Positions 39,701 through 47,860 of a DNA stretch of 49,479 bases are shown here, in pieces. The notes under the pieces are model-generated. The model saw only the letters and a program-made list of their open reading frames with translations. It was not told the origin of the DNA and made no database searches. Each line of letters opens with the position of its first letter. The stretch's first letter is position 1. Position numbers and translations under genes: made by a program. Source of the DNA: a virus (taxonomy: Duplodnaviria > Caudoviricetes); the IMG/VR virus record IMGVR_UViG_3300034521_000398, positions 1 to 49,479 of that record; one strand, written 5' to 3'.

Positions 39701-42700
39701 CTTTGCTGATTGTTCGCTATCAAATCCCCAAAGAACCTTATGTTCATCAAACGATCCATCGTTATTGACCTGATCAACGACATAGACAGTCTTAGGAGAT
39801 GGATTATCCCCAATAAACACATCTATCTGGTCTCCATCCTTGCCTTTTGTTCCTTTGAAATATCCATAGGTGTTATTCATAGTGATGGACCACTCTTTAC
39901 CGTTAGCGTCAACCCCTGAACGAACACTACCTTTCGGGTTTTCTATCGTTACATTATAAGGACCTATCTTAACATGTCCTTTTTTATAGTTGCCTGCTTG
40001 TTTTTGCGCTTCGGTGGGAGATGAGTTTACCTCTTTCTCCGCATCTTGTATCTCTTTTGCCTTAACGACCTTTTCGGCATAATCAAAGAGGTCACCCCCT
40101 TTAAATTCAGGGGCGACAAAACTAGGACCTACTTGTGCAGGTTCTGTATTTTCTCCTCTTGCTCCTGAATCATTTGAATCAGGGAGTCCTTGTACACCTG
40201 TGCGTAATTCTTCTCCTCCGCTTCCTGTAGCTTCTTCTTGAGCTGCCGGAGCCATAATTTCAGTCTCACTTCCTCGATTTCCATATAATTCATTTTCTAG
40301 CTCTTCCATTTCGTCGACAGTCATTCCATTATCGAGTACTTCGGAGTAGCGGTTAAACATTTCTTCGTCACGTGCATTAGCTAACTTAGAAAGCTCATCT
40401 TCTGATATTCCGTCAAGATAGCTTTGTTCCTCGGATAACACATCTTCCTTAATAGTAGGAATCATGTTTATTTTATCCTCTTTATCTTTATTCATCAAAT
40501 ACAATCTTCCTGTACTTGATTCAGGACCGCCAACAGGAAAGCCCATTTCCTTTGTGGCTAGTTCGCTAAACTTTCTGTTTAAGTCGAGTTGTAGGTCATT
40601 CGTAGTCCTTACTCTGTTCGTAGGATTAGAAAGCATGAAGTCTATAATATCATTCTCACTTACTTCACGCCCGAATCCGCTCAACTCCTGTGCAAGGGCA
40701 TCAATTTCCTCACCGTCTTTTTTAAGCCATCCTTTTGCAAATGTACCTGAAATTTTATTCCTGTCACCAAAACGATTGAATGAATTGGGAGAAACCTTTC
40801 TACCCAACAGCTCTTTTTGCCACGGTTGAAGTTCTTCTTTAAAATCCTTAGACGCTTCATAGGCGCTTCTTACTTCATTTATATCATCTGAATTATCCAA
40901 CACCCACTCAATATAATCTCTATCAGTTTTTACGTCCTCTGTGATTGGATTTAATAGCTTCTTTACCTGATTCATTTTATCAAGTTCAAGTTGCAACGCT
41001 TTCTTTACTCGTACTCTCTCTATAGCGGATGAACGGTTTTCAGCTTTCTTAATCTTCTTTTGGATATCGCTTATATTTTCATTAACCACATCCAGAGCAT
41101 CAACGCCAAACTCCTCCTTTAAAGCGTTCGCGTATATATCAGAATCTTCAATCTTAGAATAATCTATAAAACCTCCTTTGTCACGCGGATAAGTGACACT
41201 TTGCTTTATCTCTTCTTCTGGCCTGCTATCAATCACCGGTGTTTCTTCTGACAAATTGATAGTTTCTTCTATTGGAGATTCAATCTTTTCAGGCTCTTTT
41301 ACCTCTGTTTTATCTTCTGCTTTAGGAAATTCTTGCTGCAATCTATCAGACAATTCCCTTTTAGGCATAACCATCACAGATTTACCGTCTACGGGTGATT
41401 CTGTCTGAATTTCTACACCATCCTCTGATACGTTATTAACGACAGCGTTAACCGGTCCGTCAGGAGTAGGGATGGATATTGTCTCTCCTATGTTAAACTC
41501 ACGTACTCCATCTATCTTATCGGCAGCTTTTTGTGCTTCACTCATGCGGATACGCTCTTCTAGTTCAGATAAGACAGAGTTTGAATCTTGTTTGGAAGTG
41601 AGTTTGAATAGATTTTCTTTCGGTTCCATCCTTACCTCACCTTTATCGTCACGCAAAAATACGTAATCAGGACTATTGGCGTAATCTATTGTACCGTCTT
41701 CGTTGAATACCGGCATACCCTTTACGATATTGTAATGCACATCATCACTTGTTTTAAGGGTGACATCGTAAATACTACCATCCTCTGCGGTTCTGCGCTT
41801 AATCTCTTTCTTCTGACTATCTATCTGTGAATCTATATCATCTCTAACACCATCAATGAGCCCGTCATAAGAAGCTTTTGCATTATAGTAATTAAGAAGA
41901 ATATCTCCGTCTTCCTTACTGCCCTCATAGGCGAGTTTAACGTACGACATAGGATCACCGGATTCAAGTCCGGCAATAAGAATATCAGGATCAACATTAA
42001 AACGTTCAGCCACCTTTTCAACGCCAGAACGAGCCTCATCTAATCTGACTTTAAAACTGTTGTCAGGTTCGGAATTAAGACCTTCTTCATACGCATCTTC
42101 AAGTTCTAATTGTTCAGCAGGTACCTCGCCCTCGGCACGTCTTTTTATTTTGGCGAGTTCAAGTCCATGCATGTACGATTCCCTAGCCACATACTCCTTA
42201 ACAAGAGGTTTTACTTCTTCATCTAAAGAGTCTATAATAACGGACTTCTGAGTATCATCTGCATTTTGCAGTTTAGATATAATTTCGGTTGCCTTAACCT
42301 CACCAAGTGCGGATTCCATCTCGTTTATAGATGAATTAAGTCTTTTCTGTGCCTCTCTTTTAGGACCACGATAACCGGATAACTTAACGCCTCCGATAAG
42401 ACCTGATATGAGACCTACAGACATAAACGTTTCCGCTTGCTGTTTAGGGTCTACTAGGTCACTAAATTTGCTATCACCTACAATAGCAGCGTTAAGAGCC
42501 GTTCCTACTAGTTCTTCTCCATACTCCTCCAGCACACCACTGAATTGAGCCCTATTCTGAACGTCGGTAACAGTTTTAGCCCACTTGCTTGCCGGTATAT
42601 CAGCAATCAATCTATGAGCCTTTTCTAAACCTATTTTATCAGCTACCTTTCCAGCTACTTTACCTAGTGGTTTAGTGATAGCTTTAAAGTAGCTACCTAC

Positions 42701-43870
42701 CATCTCGGAGTAATCCTCAACAACTGTAGAACCAAAAGCTTTTGCAAGGGCTTTTAATGGCTCGTCTCCCTCACTTCGTCCTACGTATCCATTTTCATCA
42801 GGCGTAACATCCCCTAAGTTTCTATTGTAAGCGTCTCCAAACACCCTAGGAGCGTGAACGGTAGAAGCCATTCCCATAGCGCCTACTACATCCCCACCTA
42901 CTCTAAGAGCAGTGTTTTTTGCTATTTGCGCAATAGTCTTTTCAGCAGCTATAGAACCAAACTTTTTAACGGCAGCTTTTCCGAATGTTCCCATACCTGG
43001 AGTCATCGCAAAATCTTTCATATAGCCTAGACTCTCAGCAGCTCCAGACCCTATACGATAGCCTGTTCCCGTATCAGTAGATTGATTAACAGAAGCCTCC
43101 AGAGCAGCAACATCAAGCAATTTCTTTTCAGGTTTAGAAAGGGGTTCTCCTCTCTCGTATTTCTTTGCAGCGTTCAGCAAGGTAAGATTGCTTTCCATTT
43201 CTCCTATCCCAAAAGATGTGATAGCGCTAGCATTATCCTTGAATCCTTTTACTACATCCCCAAAGCCTCCAGTCTTTTCCCTATCCGCTTTGATTTGTTT
43301 TTGTACTTCTTTCGATTTATCAATAACCATTTGAGAAGTTTGCACTTCCGGATTTTGATTATTGGTAAACGCAAACCCTAATGCGCTAAGAAGAGGACTT
43401 TCCTTGAACTTATCTATTTCTTTTTGATTACCCTCTTTAATAAGCCGATCCCTTTCGTTCGTAGCCGACAATTCATCTGCTTTTGCTTTTTCTTCCTTTA
43501 GACGGTTCTCGTAATCCTTATAATAGAACTGCTTAGATTCAGGCTTAAGTTCTTGCCACACGTTATAAGGAACTCCGGCTACAGTAGTATCTTTTCCTTT
43601 CCCCTGAACGAACTTATCGGCGCTATACGGTCTGGGCGTTGTTTCCTGAACCGGCTGATCCGAAATCTTTGCTGTGTTAGTTAATCCATATTCGACCGCA
43701 TCAGGGAACTTGCTTAAAAAAGAACTTTTTTTAGAAGCAGGTATATCATATCTACCATCCTTTGTTTGATAAGAAACTGTGGCGTTTGGGTATTTAGATT
43801 CAAACGCACCTACCTTATCATCAGGAATATTATATATCTCACCATTAACTACATATTTAGGCATAATCAA
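33743..43870 (-). CDS. Giant polyvalent/ejection protein (InPase, ART-like, metallopeptidase, ART-PolyVal, LPD38-like)
   Basis: GNYKKGH..DGDQIDV..DEHKV; YRAV..GDWITLS..EWGY; HEVVGH; VVYHGT..GFFFT..PNQIKSA; VNFNKKG..YLFFNAAVQ. Confidence 0.8.
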   Translation of the reverse strand: MIMPKYVVNGEIYNIPDDKVGAFESKYPNATVSYQTKDGRYDIPASKKSSFLSKFPDAVEYGLTNTAKISDQPVQETTPRPYSADKFVQGKGKDTTVAGVPYNVWQELKPESKQFYYKDYENRLKEEKAKADELSATNERDRLIKEGNQKEIDKFKESPLLSALGFAFTNNQNPEVQTSQMVIDKSKEVQKQIKADREKTGGFGDVVKGFKDNASAITSFGIGEMESNLTLLNAAKKYERGEPLSKPEKKLLDVAALEASVNQSTDTGTGYRIGSGAAESLGYMKDFAMTPGMGTFGKAAVKKFGSIAAEKTIAQIAKNTALRVGGDVVGAMGMASTVHAPRVFGDAYNRNLGDVTPDENGYVGRSEGDEPLKALAKAFGSTVVEDYSEMVGSYFKAITKPLGKVAGKVADKIGLEKAHRLIADIPASKWAKTVTDVQNRAQFSGVLEEYGEELVGTALNAAIVGDSKFSDLVDPKQQAETFMSVGLISGLIGGVKLSGYRGPKREAQKRLNSSINEMESALGEVKATEIISKLQNADDTQKSVIIDSLDEEVKPLVKEYVARESYMHGLELAKIKRRAEGEVPAEQLELEDAYEEGLNSEPDNSFKVRLDEARSGVEKVAERFNVDPDILIAGLESGDPMSYVKLAYEGSKEDGDILLNYYNAKASYDGLIDGVRDDIDSQIDSQKKEIKRRTAEDGSIYDVTLKTSDDVHYNIVKGMPVFNEDGTIDYANSPDYVFLRDDKGEVRMEPKENLFKLTSKQDSNSVLSELEERIRMSEAQKAADKIDGVREFNIGETISIPTPDGPVNAVVNNVSEDGVEIQTESPVDGKSVMVMPKRELSDRLQQEFPKAEDKTEVKEPEKIESPIEETINLSEETPVIDSRPEEEIKQSVTYPRDKGGFIDYSKIEDSDIYANALKEEFGVDALDVVNENISDIQKKIKKAENRSSAIERVRVKKALQLELDKMNQVKKLLNPITEDVKTDRDYIEWVLDNSDDINEVRSAYEASKDFKEELQPWQKELLGRKVSPNSFNRFGDRNKISGTFAKGWLKKDGEEIDALAQELSGFGREVSENDIIDFMLSNPTNRVRTTNDLQLDLNRKFSELATKEMGFPVGGPESSTGRLYLMNKDKEDKINMIPTIKEDVLSEEQSYLDGISEDELSKLANARDEEMFNRYSEVLDNGMTVDEMEELENELYGNRGSETEIMAPAAQEEATGSGGEELRTGVQGLPDSNDSGARGENTEPAQVGPSFVAPEFKGGDLFDYAEKVVKAKEIQDAEKEVNSSPTEAQKQAGNYKKGHVKIGPYNVTIENPKGSVRSGVDANGKEWSITMNNTYGYFKGTKGKDGDQIDVFIGDNPSPKTVYVVDQVNNDGSFDEHKVLWGFDSEQSAKDAYLSNYEDGWQGLGNITGVPVEDFNKWVESSKRKTKPFSEYKSIPKKVNKVSFGLNADKYLHNQTNDKDVRVFDAEIEDNGNGTFTISSLNRIKSLDGVDDVVDIKGRIPLADAKNYKVIEKGRIKLNDNGIYEVVSPLKIELVGDSDVRFRDGKFEREINQDEIYDYLSDNTENTSDPSRILDELKEYFGGEVVAASSGAKHALENGMLPFAGHKYSGSNQEYHHFRLENGDVVSVPFTDVRFRNSDDEVSSFANKYGLDEKFVKLYAESMKMGKTGGAHRALHEIRRQILLNNMESDDPFSDKGLSALNKIFRPVKSDLYERFGSVDKLTEEYVQRTMEERGIMEAAQKRIQEELDAERNRLKEFEVMTDNELDAEYIKSLENNQERARDIINEVARRNGYILTDDFRMSHRAPSFDEDGIDKNMVDIAQNKDNVMLSMEEQFKMNRTKEREESISSIKEALSAIKRGEKPTVTIYRAVPKNIKEGNVRNGDWITLSRSYAEMHGKGNIDGDYKIMEDKVPAENLYWDGNDINEWGYDDKNDYKYRNTKNNRKLNDLITRDDDGNIILPSKRFNFRSSDIRFREDSSFSVSPNEEIRDTLQSLSEKMGVPVKMINSEDVSNDNKSMEKRMKNSKGWYDVSSGEVVIITSNATSVNDAKRTFLHEVVGHKGLRSLMGEGFDSFLDKVKKQLPADVSKDMKDNTDVEEYLARIAEMDETPSFFGKIKAVVREFLRKYMDVELSDNDVKYILWTSKNNLEKNSVFRNAANELMKDKMFRDENSVEAIIRNAKQDGTYMKAPNGEPTKLTEKQWAQVRTQEFKDWFGDWQNNPEEASKVVDKNGEPLVVYHGTLSKSIERFRKDMIGSRYSYDESGFFFTDKESIAKDYSTSEFDSAVKGAIIPVFLNIRKPIMADNRWAVKNGLGNALKKMDSIEFWDNYQSFMLDEIEDKKTDGAIINDGSSKMVVVFEPNQIKSATDNVGSFDPNNPDIRFRDGENYDDKFKGSLYKFQESYQDSMLGLKKLQESIEKDTGKIEDFENAYIHENQLSSKNAYEAEFYHTNFFTPIVKEMSKILKVKSREEFNQYLISKHGLERNVVFAQRDARNEAKEDTKIERSNLEFALYKNLIDKEAYDAKMIELDEKESKAYETYLEEKLGTDYSGLSSLYKEDFENKAKAFVESFEADVNTSDLWDKINNATKETLRKTYTSGLMSKDNYDNIKEMFSYYVPLRGWKEDTAADVYDYIELDRPVFNAPIVTAKGRLSVSDDPIATIANMAESAILQGNRNLMKQKFLNMALNHKTPLLTVKEMWYVNNGTDKAPDWVESLPDIPEGATAEEVSEAVEAHYNLMRELQKEGRAKKDKKGLNISYRANDREKRQHAVVVKRNGKEQVVFVNGNPRAAQAVNGLTNPDAVNHKLIEWIGWANRQLSANFTTRNPAFVISNLSRDLIFSSSAVLIKEDGKYSKRFTSNLPRTTANIAGLMRRRYKGELKDFGMDKYFKEFLENGGETGYSMLTSVDEYKKLIEKDLLKLDGKVDIGRIIGLKPGKVTTPTTLGIVPAFKGLASFIEFSNKCAEDISRFNTYLTSREMGRSVTQSINDAKEVTVNFNKKGAGGNGATTLKALYLFFNAAVQSLNNFYRLGKNNPIKFSGVVGGFVSAGILIPLMNQMLMNMFGGDDDSYDNLPEWVRKNNFCLWLGGDRFLTIPLPIELRAFYGMGEMFTQWSGGKMKGENVGLRMVSQITELLPIDPLSNDGDIMTTMWPDVAKPIVQSYTNEDFFGKPIYKKTPFNEDMPEYTKAFKGTNKQLVESAEFLNEITGGDKYTKGSINLNPSIAEHLVEGYLGGMGKTLNQTWKTISMIWDEDQRVMRNVPVVNRFLSETDEKNAFSRVGNSYNNYRKEYDLTNQRLKGYEKEAYKGVFGFAEKANKLYNSPEYKRYEVFKEYQKEIDYLYDELKTADGEEKASLNNTLNLIKTQLVEALDAIE

Positions 43871-44838
43871 TCTACTTTATATTGTGAAAAATCGTCTACT
43901 TTATACTGTGAGAAGTCATCGCTATCACCTCCCCAATATTTACCCATATCGGTAGCGAACTTCCTTGCAGTAGGAGAATTATTAAAATCACTTCTTCCAT
44001 AAGGGCTAGAATCTTTTGAATTATTAACCCAACCACCTGATTTGTATCCTCCTAAGTCTTTTTTTATTGCATTTGATAAAAATTCTCTTCTCATACTAGG
44101 GGAAACAAATCTTCTATCCACTTTAATTGGCTTACCCATGGAGTCATACACTACTATAGTATTATTTCTCTTCTCTTTTTCTATCCTTTTAAGATTTGCT
44201 GCAGCCTCTTTTTGTTCGGCAATCTTTTCCGATTTACCGGAAGATATAGCTAATTGAGCTCTCCATCTCTTTTCATCAGCTTCCATTTGCTCCCTTTCAA
44301 GCTCTAATTTTCTATCAAAATTACTTTGAGCTAATGCATCTTGACCTTTTTTATACTCAAACTCTGTATTCCATTTGTTCCTTTCAGCATCAGCGTTTTC
44401 TTTGTACCTGTTATCAAGCAAAGAATCTCTATCAGATTGGTACTTCCATTTTCTATCATTCTCACCGATCTGATAATCTCTATCCATCGCATTCATGAGA
44501 CCCGCATTATACGCGGCCTCCTGCTTACCTCTAAGATCTTTTAAATAGTTATACCTAGCTACATTCTTTTCGGAAAGCTTAGGCTGCTCTACACTAGGAG
44601 CTCCCTTAGTTGTAAAGTACAGATTGGATAAAGCAGATAATCCGTCACCTATGGCGCTTACTATTGCCCTATTGCGCTCCCTCTTTGGATCAATCTCCAC
44701 ATCCGGCTTGCGTGTCAATTGAGTGTAGATATCCGTCATGCTCTTAGGCTTAATCTCAAGACTAGGAGCAGGTGCCGGAGTAGAAACAACGACAGGTTTC
44801 GCAGGAGCTACTTTTGTTATATCATCTAGCGTGCTCAT
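43867..44838 (-). CDS. Putative internal virion/ejection protein
   Basis: Coiled-coil rich; upstream of the giant protein; C-terminal DDFSQYKV x2. Confidence 0.55.
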   Translation of the reverse strand: MSTLDDITKVAPAKPVVVSTPAPAPSLEIKPKSMTDIYTQLTRKPDVEIDPKRERNRAIVSAIGDGLSALSNLYFTTKGAPSVEQPKLSEKNVARYNYLKDLRGKQEAAYNAGLMNAMDRDYQIGENDRKWKYQSDRDSLLDNRYKENADAERNKWNTEFEYKKGQDALAQSNFDRKLELEREQMEADEKRWRAQLAISSGKSEKIAEQKEAAANLKRIEKEKRNNTIVVYDSMGKPIKVDRRFVSPSMRREFLSNAIKKDLGGYKSGGWVNNSKDSSPYGRSDFNNSPTARKFATDMGKYWGGDSDDFSQYKVDDFSQYKVD

Positions 44839-45353
44839 TTCTTAGGCATTGAGGAGATTAAATCTAGATTAGAAGCCATCCCACCGGCAGCACTTGCGAT
44901 ACCACCAATAGCTTGAGATATAGCAGCGGTTTTTTGAGCTTGAACCTGCTGCTGTTGATTGCTAAGGTCCTGATCCCTTTGCAGGTATTGAGACTCCACC
45001 GCGTCTTTACGTGCTTCACCCTGTGCGGCTATGTTTGATGTCGTAGCTGCAAGGGCATTATTCTGAGCTTCTTTTTCTGCGGCAGCAGCTTCTTCCCCCG
45101 TTCCCATAACGGCAGCCGTTCCGGCAGAACGTTGACTGCGCTCTTGCATAACTTCACGCATACGATTAAGGGCAGACTGCGCATCCGCTCTCTGTGTGCT
45201 GTCTTCGTTATAACGACGGTTGTACCACGCTTCGTTCTTCTTTTTCTCGTCTGCAAGCATCCTGGCCTGCTTACGAGCCGCTTTACTTGCCGAGATTCCT
45301 CCGAATATTGAGCCTGCGACTCCAAGTCCGGCTCCAATTATACTTCCTAACAT
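44835..45353 (-). CDS. Putative ejection (DNA pilot) protein
   Basis: Gly/Ala-rich hydrophobic termini around a Gln-rich coiled coil. Confidence 0.6.
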   Translation of the reverse strand: MLGSIIGAGLGVAGSIFGGISASKAARKQARMLADEKKKNEAWYNRRYNEDSTQRADAQSALNRMREVMQERSQRSAGTAAVMGTGEEAAAAEKEAQNNALAATTSNIAAQGEARKDAVESQYLQRDQDLSNQQQQVQAQKTAAISQAIGGIASAAGGMASNLDLISSMPKK

Positions 45354-45384
45354 AAGCTTTGAATTAATATATATACTAATGCCT

Positions 45385-45427
45385 CAAATGTAAATGATTT
45401 ACTTTGTCATAGATGTATATGTATTAA
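45385..45427 (-). promoter_or_regulatory. Putative late promoter (TTAATACATA ... TACATTTG)
   Basis: Same motif and spacing as 28562-28604. Confidence 0.6.
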
Positions 45428-45438
45428 TCTATAGAATT

Positions 45439-45714
45439 ATGGAAGAGAAAAGAGAAAAAATCGGAGGACGCAAAAAGGGAACTCCGAATAAGTTTACAAC
45501 AGAAACAAGAAAGCTGTTTACTCACTTAGTTGTTAGGCGCTTTGATAGGTTTGAACAGGACTTGAATTCAATTGATGATCCTTATAAACGAGCAAAACTA
45601 TTTTTAGAAGCGTGCAAGTTTGTTATACCTAGCTTGTCTAGCGTACAACTTGAAGGAGAAATGAAAAACACGGTTATCGCAGACCGTATTAATGACCTGC
45701 TAAAAGAAGACTAA
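45439..45714 (+). CDS. Putative terminase small subunit
   Basis: KIGGRKKGTPNK motif typical of small-terminase-like proteins. Confidence 0.55.
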   Translation: MEEKREKIGGRKKGTPNKFTTETRKLFTHLVVRRFDRFEQDLNSIDDPYKRAKLFLEACKFVIPSLSSVQLEGEMKNTVIADRINDLLKED

Positions 45715-45974
45715 TGAAGATAGAAAACATTATCGGTTGGGCACTGACAATTGTAATATCAATCGCTGGAGCGTGGTACACTATTGACGCACGAGTTTAC
45801 AGCGTTGAGAAAAAAATCGAGTTGCTGCAGATGCAGATAGATAACTGCAACAAAGTGCTAGATAAGCAACAGGAAGATATGGAGGTCGTTAAAGACCTAT
45901 TTAATCGGATAGACAAGAATATTGTCGAGATACGAGGAATACTTAATACCAAAGCAGATAAGAAATACAAATGA
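45714..45974 (+). CDS. Single-TM coiled-coil protein of the lysis cassette (holin/antiholin-like)
   Basis: N-terminal TM then coiled coil. Confidence 0.5.
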   Translation: MKIENIIGWALTIVISIAGAWYTIDARVYSVEKKIELLQMQIDNCNKVLDKQQEDMEVVKDLFNRIDKNIVEIRGILNTKADKKYK

Positions 45975-46216
45975 AAAAGATCATTTTATTTATCAAAGAC
46001 TTACCTCGGCAGTGGAGAGCTGAAACTCCGAGAATAGCAAAGTGGATCAGGAACATATCAGCCGTAATTGCAACCGCGGTGCCGGGTGCGTGGCTGACTT
46101 TTCAAGGAATGGGGATTACTCTCCCCGAATGGTTTGTTAACCATGTCGGCTACATAACTCTAGCATCATTAATCATCACCGCAATAGCGGGTACGAAAGA
46201 AAAGAAGAATGGCTAA
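45971..46216 (+). CDS. Putative holin
   Basis: Two TM segments, basic C-terminus, overlaps the endolysin. Confidence 0.65.
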   Translation: MKKIILFIKDLPRQWRAETPRIAKWIRNISAVIATAVPGAWLTFQGMGITLPEWFVNHVGYITLASLIITAIAGTKEKKNG

Positions 46217-46781
46217 GATTGAATTACTAGTACCTCATATTCTTAGATGGGAAGCTGGAATTGTAGGAACAGGTACAAATGAACAACTTTTCGAGAAAGC
46301 CCGCAAAACTGGCTTTTCAGATGATCCTGACGATGTAGGAGGTGCAACGATGATAGGAGTTACAATCTCAACATTCGAGACTTACTGTAAGAAAAAGGGT
46401 TATCCTAAACCTACGGTCGACAGATTAAAGAATATCCCATACTCTCAATGGCTTGACATCATGAAATCCATGTATTGGGATAAATGGCAAGCCGATAAAA
46501 TTGTTAATCAATCTATTGCTAATATATTGGTAGATTGGGTTTGGGCATCCGGCCTGTATGGTATCAAGATTCCGCAGAGGCTGCTTAAGCTGCAAGATGA
46601 TGGGATAGTAGGACCTAAGACTTTAGACGCAGTTAACTCCTTTAATCAGGAAACATTATTCAACCTCATTCAGGCGGCACGCAGGTCCTACATTGAGGAT
46701 ATAATCAGGCGTAGACCGGCAAACGCAAAGTTTAGGACCGGTTGGTTAAATCGAATAAATTCATTCGAGTATGAGGGATAG
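46209..46781 (+). CDS. Endolysin, glycoside hydrolase 108 with peptidoglycan-binding C-terminus
   Basis: DDPDDVGGATMIGVT, DGIVGPKTL, KFRTGWLNRI. Confidence 0.9.
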   Translation: MAKIELLVPHILRWEAGIVGTGTNEQLFEKARKTGFSDDPDDVGGATMIGVTISTFETYCKKKGYPKPTVDRLKNIPYSQWLDIMKSMYWDKWQADKIVNQSIANILVDWVWASGLYGIKIPQRLLKLQDDGIVGPKTLDAVNSFNQETLFNLIQAARRSYIEDIIRRRPANAKFRTGWLNRINSFEYEG

Positions 46782-47286
46782 AATAGGAGTTATAATTTTC
46801 TTCATTACTACGATGTTAGTAATGAGTATAGTTTGTTCGTGTGGAAGCAGCAAATCAAGCCTAAAACAGACGACTGCAACTGAACAGAAATCTGCAACTC
46901 AAAAAAATGATAGTTCTGTTACTGATAAAAAAGTAGTCATAGTTGAGAATGAAAACTCAAACGAGGAAATCAAAGAGGTGACAACGGAATATGATACAGA
47001 AAAACCGATTAATCCTGAGACGGGGAAACATCCTGTTAAAAAGGAAACGGTTAAAACCACATCCAAAGGGAATACCTCTATGAAGCGCACCGAGGACGAT
47101 ACAAAGAATATCTCAACTACAGTGGAACAATCTACAGTGAATAAGAAAGAGTCTGTTACAGTCGAGCAAAACAAGCAAAAAAGCGAAACGAATATATTCA
47201 AGCAAATTAAATGGCTTGTATTGTTATTATCCTTATTAGGTATTGTAGCTATTGTTGGTTGGCTAATCTATAAAAAGAGATTGTAG
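46771..47286 (+). CDS. Putative unimolecular spanin (lipoprotein plus C-terminal TM)
   Basis: Signal ending IVCSC-GSSK, polar middle, C-terminal TM WLVLLLSLLGIVAIVGWLIY. Confidence 0.65.
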   Translation: MRDRIGVIIFFITTMLVMSIVCSCGSSKSSLKQTTATEQKSATQKNDSSVTDKKVVIVENENSNEEIKEVTTEYDTEKPINPETGKHPVKKETVKTTSKGNTSMKRTEDDTKNISTTVEQSTVNKKESVTVEQNKQKSETNIFKQIKWLVLLLSLLGIVAIVGWLIYKKRL

Positions 47287-47322
47287 TCGAGTAGAAGCGA
47301 CTATGATGGTTGATAAATGTGT

Positions 47323-47353
47323 GCCCCGATTCTTAATTGAGTCGGGGTTTTTT
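47323..47353 (+). terminator. Terminator after the lysis cassette
   Basis: GCCCCGATTC-TTAATT-GAGTCGGGGT followed by a T-run. Confidence 0.85.
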
Positions 47354-47364
47354 CTTCGTATTTA

Positions 47365-47460
47365 TTCCGAAGAAATAGCGGTTTCTTCCGAAGTTATGCT
47401 CATTTCTTCCGAAGAAATACATATAACTTCCGAAGAAATGCCATTTTCTTCTGAATAAAT
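47365..47460. repeat. 21-bp period repeat, 5 units (TTCCGAAGAAAT core)
   Basis: Cores at 47365, 47386, 47407, 47428, 47449. Confidence 0.9.
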
Positions 47461-47474
47461 AAGCCTATTTGTAC

Positions 47475-47551
47475 AACCAAACCATAACCAATCAATAACC
47501 AAAACGTAACCAAACAATAACCAAGGTATAACCAAACCATAACCAACATAG
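47475..47551. repeat. 11-bp period repeat, 7 units (AACCAA core), copy of the origin iterons
   Basis: Cores every 11 bp from 47475 to 47541; 47528-47551 identical to 3158-3181. Confidence 0.9.
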
Positions 47552-47561
47552 CGCTGACTAT

Positions 47562-47637
47562 GTAAACACGTGGTGTACACGTATGCAGCTCATTTACACG
47601 AAAAATCATTTGTCGTAATTGTCGTAAAAGTCGTAAA
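47562..47637. repeat. Short repeats ACACG x3 and GTCGTAA x3
   Basis: GTAAACACGT/GTGTACACGT/ATTTACACGA; TGTCGTAAT TGTCGTAAA AGTCGTAAA. Confidence 0.65.
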
Positions 47638-47734
47638 ATAATCCTTATTTTGACCTTATAGATAAAATCTATCAAGACGAGAAAGCCGATAAACACGCAT
47701 TCACAGAACTTTGTCGAAAAAAGTAAGAAAGATT

Positions 47735-47766
47735 TTTGCCCAACTTATTGCATAGAACTAAATTTG
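47735..47766 (+). promoter_or_regulatory. Canonical Bacteroidetes promoter
   Basis: TTTG-N20-TAAATTTG. Confidence 0.7.
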
Positions 47767-47770
47767 TGAT

Positions 47771-47860
47771 ACCAGTGACATGGGAATGAAGTAGTTGCTC
47801 TATCGTGAGCTCTATATACAAAAGGGTCCGAGTATCGTCACTGGTCGGACCCTTTTCTTT
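47771..47860 (+). ncRNA. Putative ~85-nt sRNA/attenuator leader
   Basis: Promoter upstream; ends in hairpin AAAAGGGTCCGA-loop-TCGGACCCTTTT; no ORF. Confidence 0.5.

Noticed and set aside
33743-43870. Plus-strand ORFs inside the giant gene (e.g. 34953..35456, 37296..37892)
   Set aside because: Antisense shadows of a long coding frame with no recognisable motifs
43868-43920. 24-bp duplication as a regulatory repeat
   Set aside because: It encodes DDFSQYKV twice with synonymous differences, so it is a protein-level repeat
47365-47551. CRISPR or mini-array
   Set aside because: Periods of 21 and 11 bp are too short for repeat-spacer units
47362-47696. Minus-strand ORFs of 72 and 98 aa as real genes
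   Set aside because: Open frames are explained by the repeat composition; non-ATG starts; they overlap each other
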